DNA of 64,000 bases from a virus. Positions 63,646-64,000 of this stretch are shown in pieces (within the stretch, counting starts at the first letter, position 1; every line of letters starts with the position of its first letter). A program made the translations under genes and the position numbers. The notes beneath the pieces were generated by a model. The model made no database searches and was not told where the DNA came from. It saw only the letters and a list, made by a program, of their open reading frames with translations. The stretch spans positions 1-64,000 of IMG/VR virus record IMGVR_UViG_3300005337_000019, one strand, 5' to 3'.

Positions 63646-64000
63646 ATGCAAACCGACACTTTCACGCTTCCCGCTGTCACCGACGTTGCCGACTTGCTCC
63701 CCGTCAAGGTCCAGCGCCGCTATCGGTGGATCATCGCCGACGCCGCTTCTGCCGAGCGTGCCGCGCAACACGCCGCCGACTTCAACCGCCGTCCGGTTTT
63801 CGTGATCGCCGAGAAGGTGTGGACGCCGTACGGCGAGCCGACCATGTTCGTCATGGCCGACCAACTGGACGCCGAGGAGTACGCCGCGCTGGTGAGTGGC
63901 GTTGGCCGCGTGACGATGTACACGCCGGCGGCCGGACTCAACGAGCGGTGGTGCGCGCGGTGTTTCCAGATCGTCGTCAGTTCCACCATGGGCGGACAAC
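63646..64000 (+). CDS. Hypothetical early protein, leaderless, runs off window end
   Basis: ATG 6 nt after the -10 box; frame open to the end (MQTDTFTLPAVTDV...). Confidence 0.65.
   Translation, partial: MQTDTFTLPAVTDVADLLPVKVQRRYRWIIADAASAERAAQHAADFNRRPVFVIAEKVWTPYGEPTMFVMADQLDAEEYAALVSGVGRVTMYTPAAGLNERWCARCFQIVVSSTMGGQ

Overview
GC-rich window from the genome of a tailed dsDNA phage with siphovirus-like tail genes. Neither genome end is evident, and no integrase, DNA polymerase or primase is visible. The host is plausibly Acidobacteriota; this is an inference from the style of the secreted and IPT/TIG-repeat proteins. Virion genes are scattered rather than clustered: terminase and portal (4.9-9.8 kb), MuF-like, scaffold, capsid and lysis genes (32-37 kb), head-tail joining (39.7-41.5 kb) and tail (44.7-63.2 kb). 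Between them lie blocks of small early or accessory genes, including two DNA methyltransferases, a HerA/DUF87-like ATPase, a Pol-beta-type nucleotidyltransferase, DUF1643, DUF1937, a Tad2/DUF2829 fusion and tRNA-Gln. The most striking feature is that the tail-tip gene (55634-59137) and the IPT-repeat gene (59231-63172) carry each other's C-terminal ends. A 3456-bp segment (59031-62486) has complementary termini and an internal AT-rich, 10-bp-phased repeat array. It reads as a circularly permuted gene inserted in frame into the last blade of the tail-tip beta-propeller: precise removal would restore the tail-tip gene and give a circle encoding a complete IPT protein. Other notable features are a circularly permuted tRNA-Phe-like (YrlA-topology) RNA between terminase and portal, a chromosomal-type parS site, three promoter/operator classes (one driving leaderless mRNAs at seven loci), and a lipase and a fatty-acid hydroxylase among the late genes. 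All calls come from manual motif recognition; no database searches were run.
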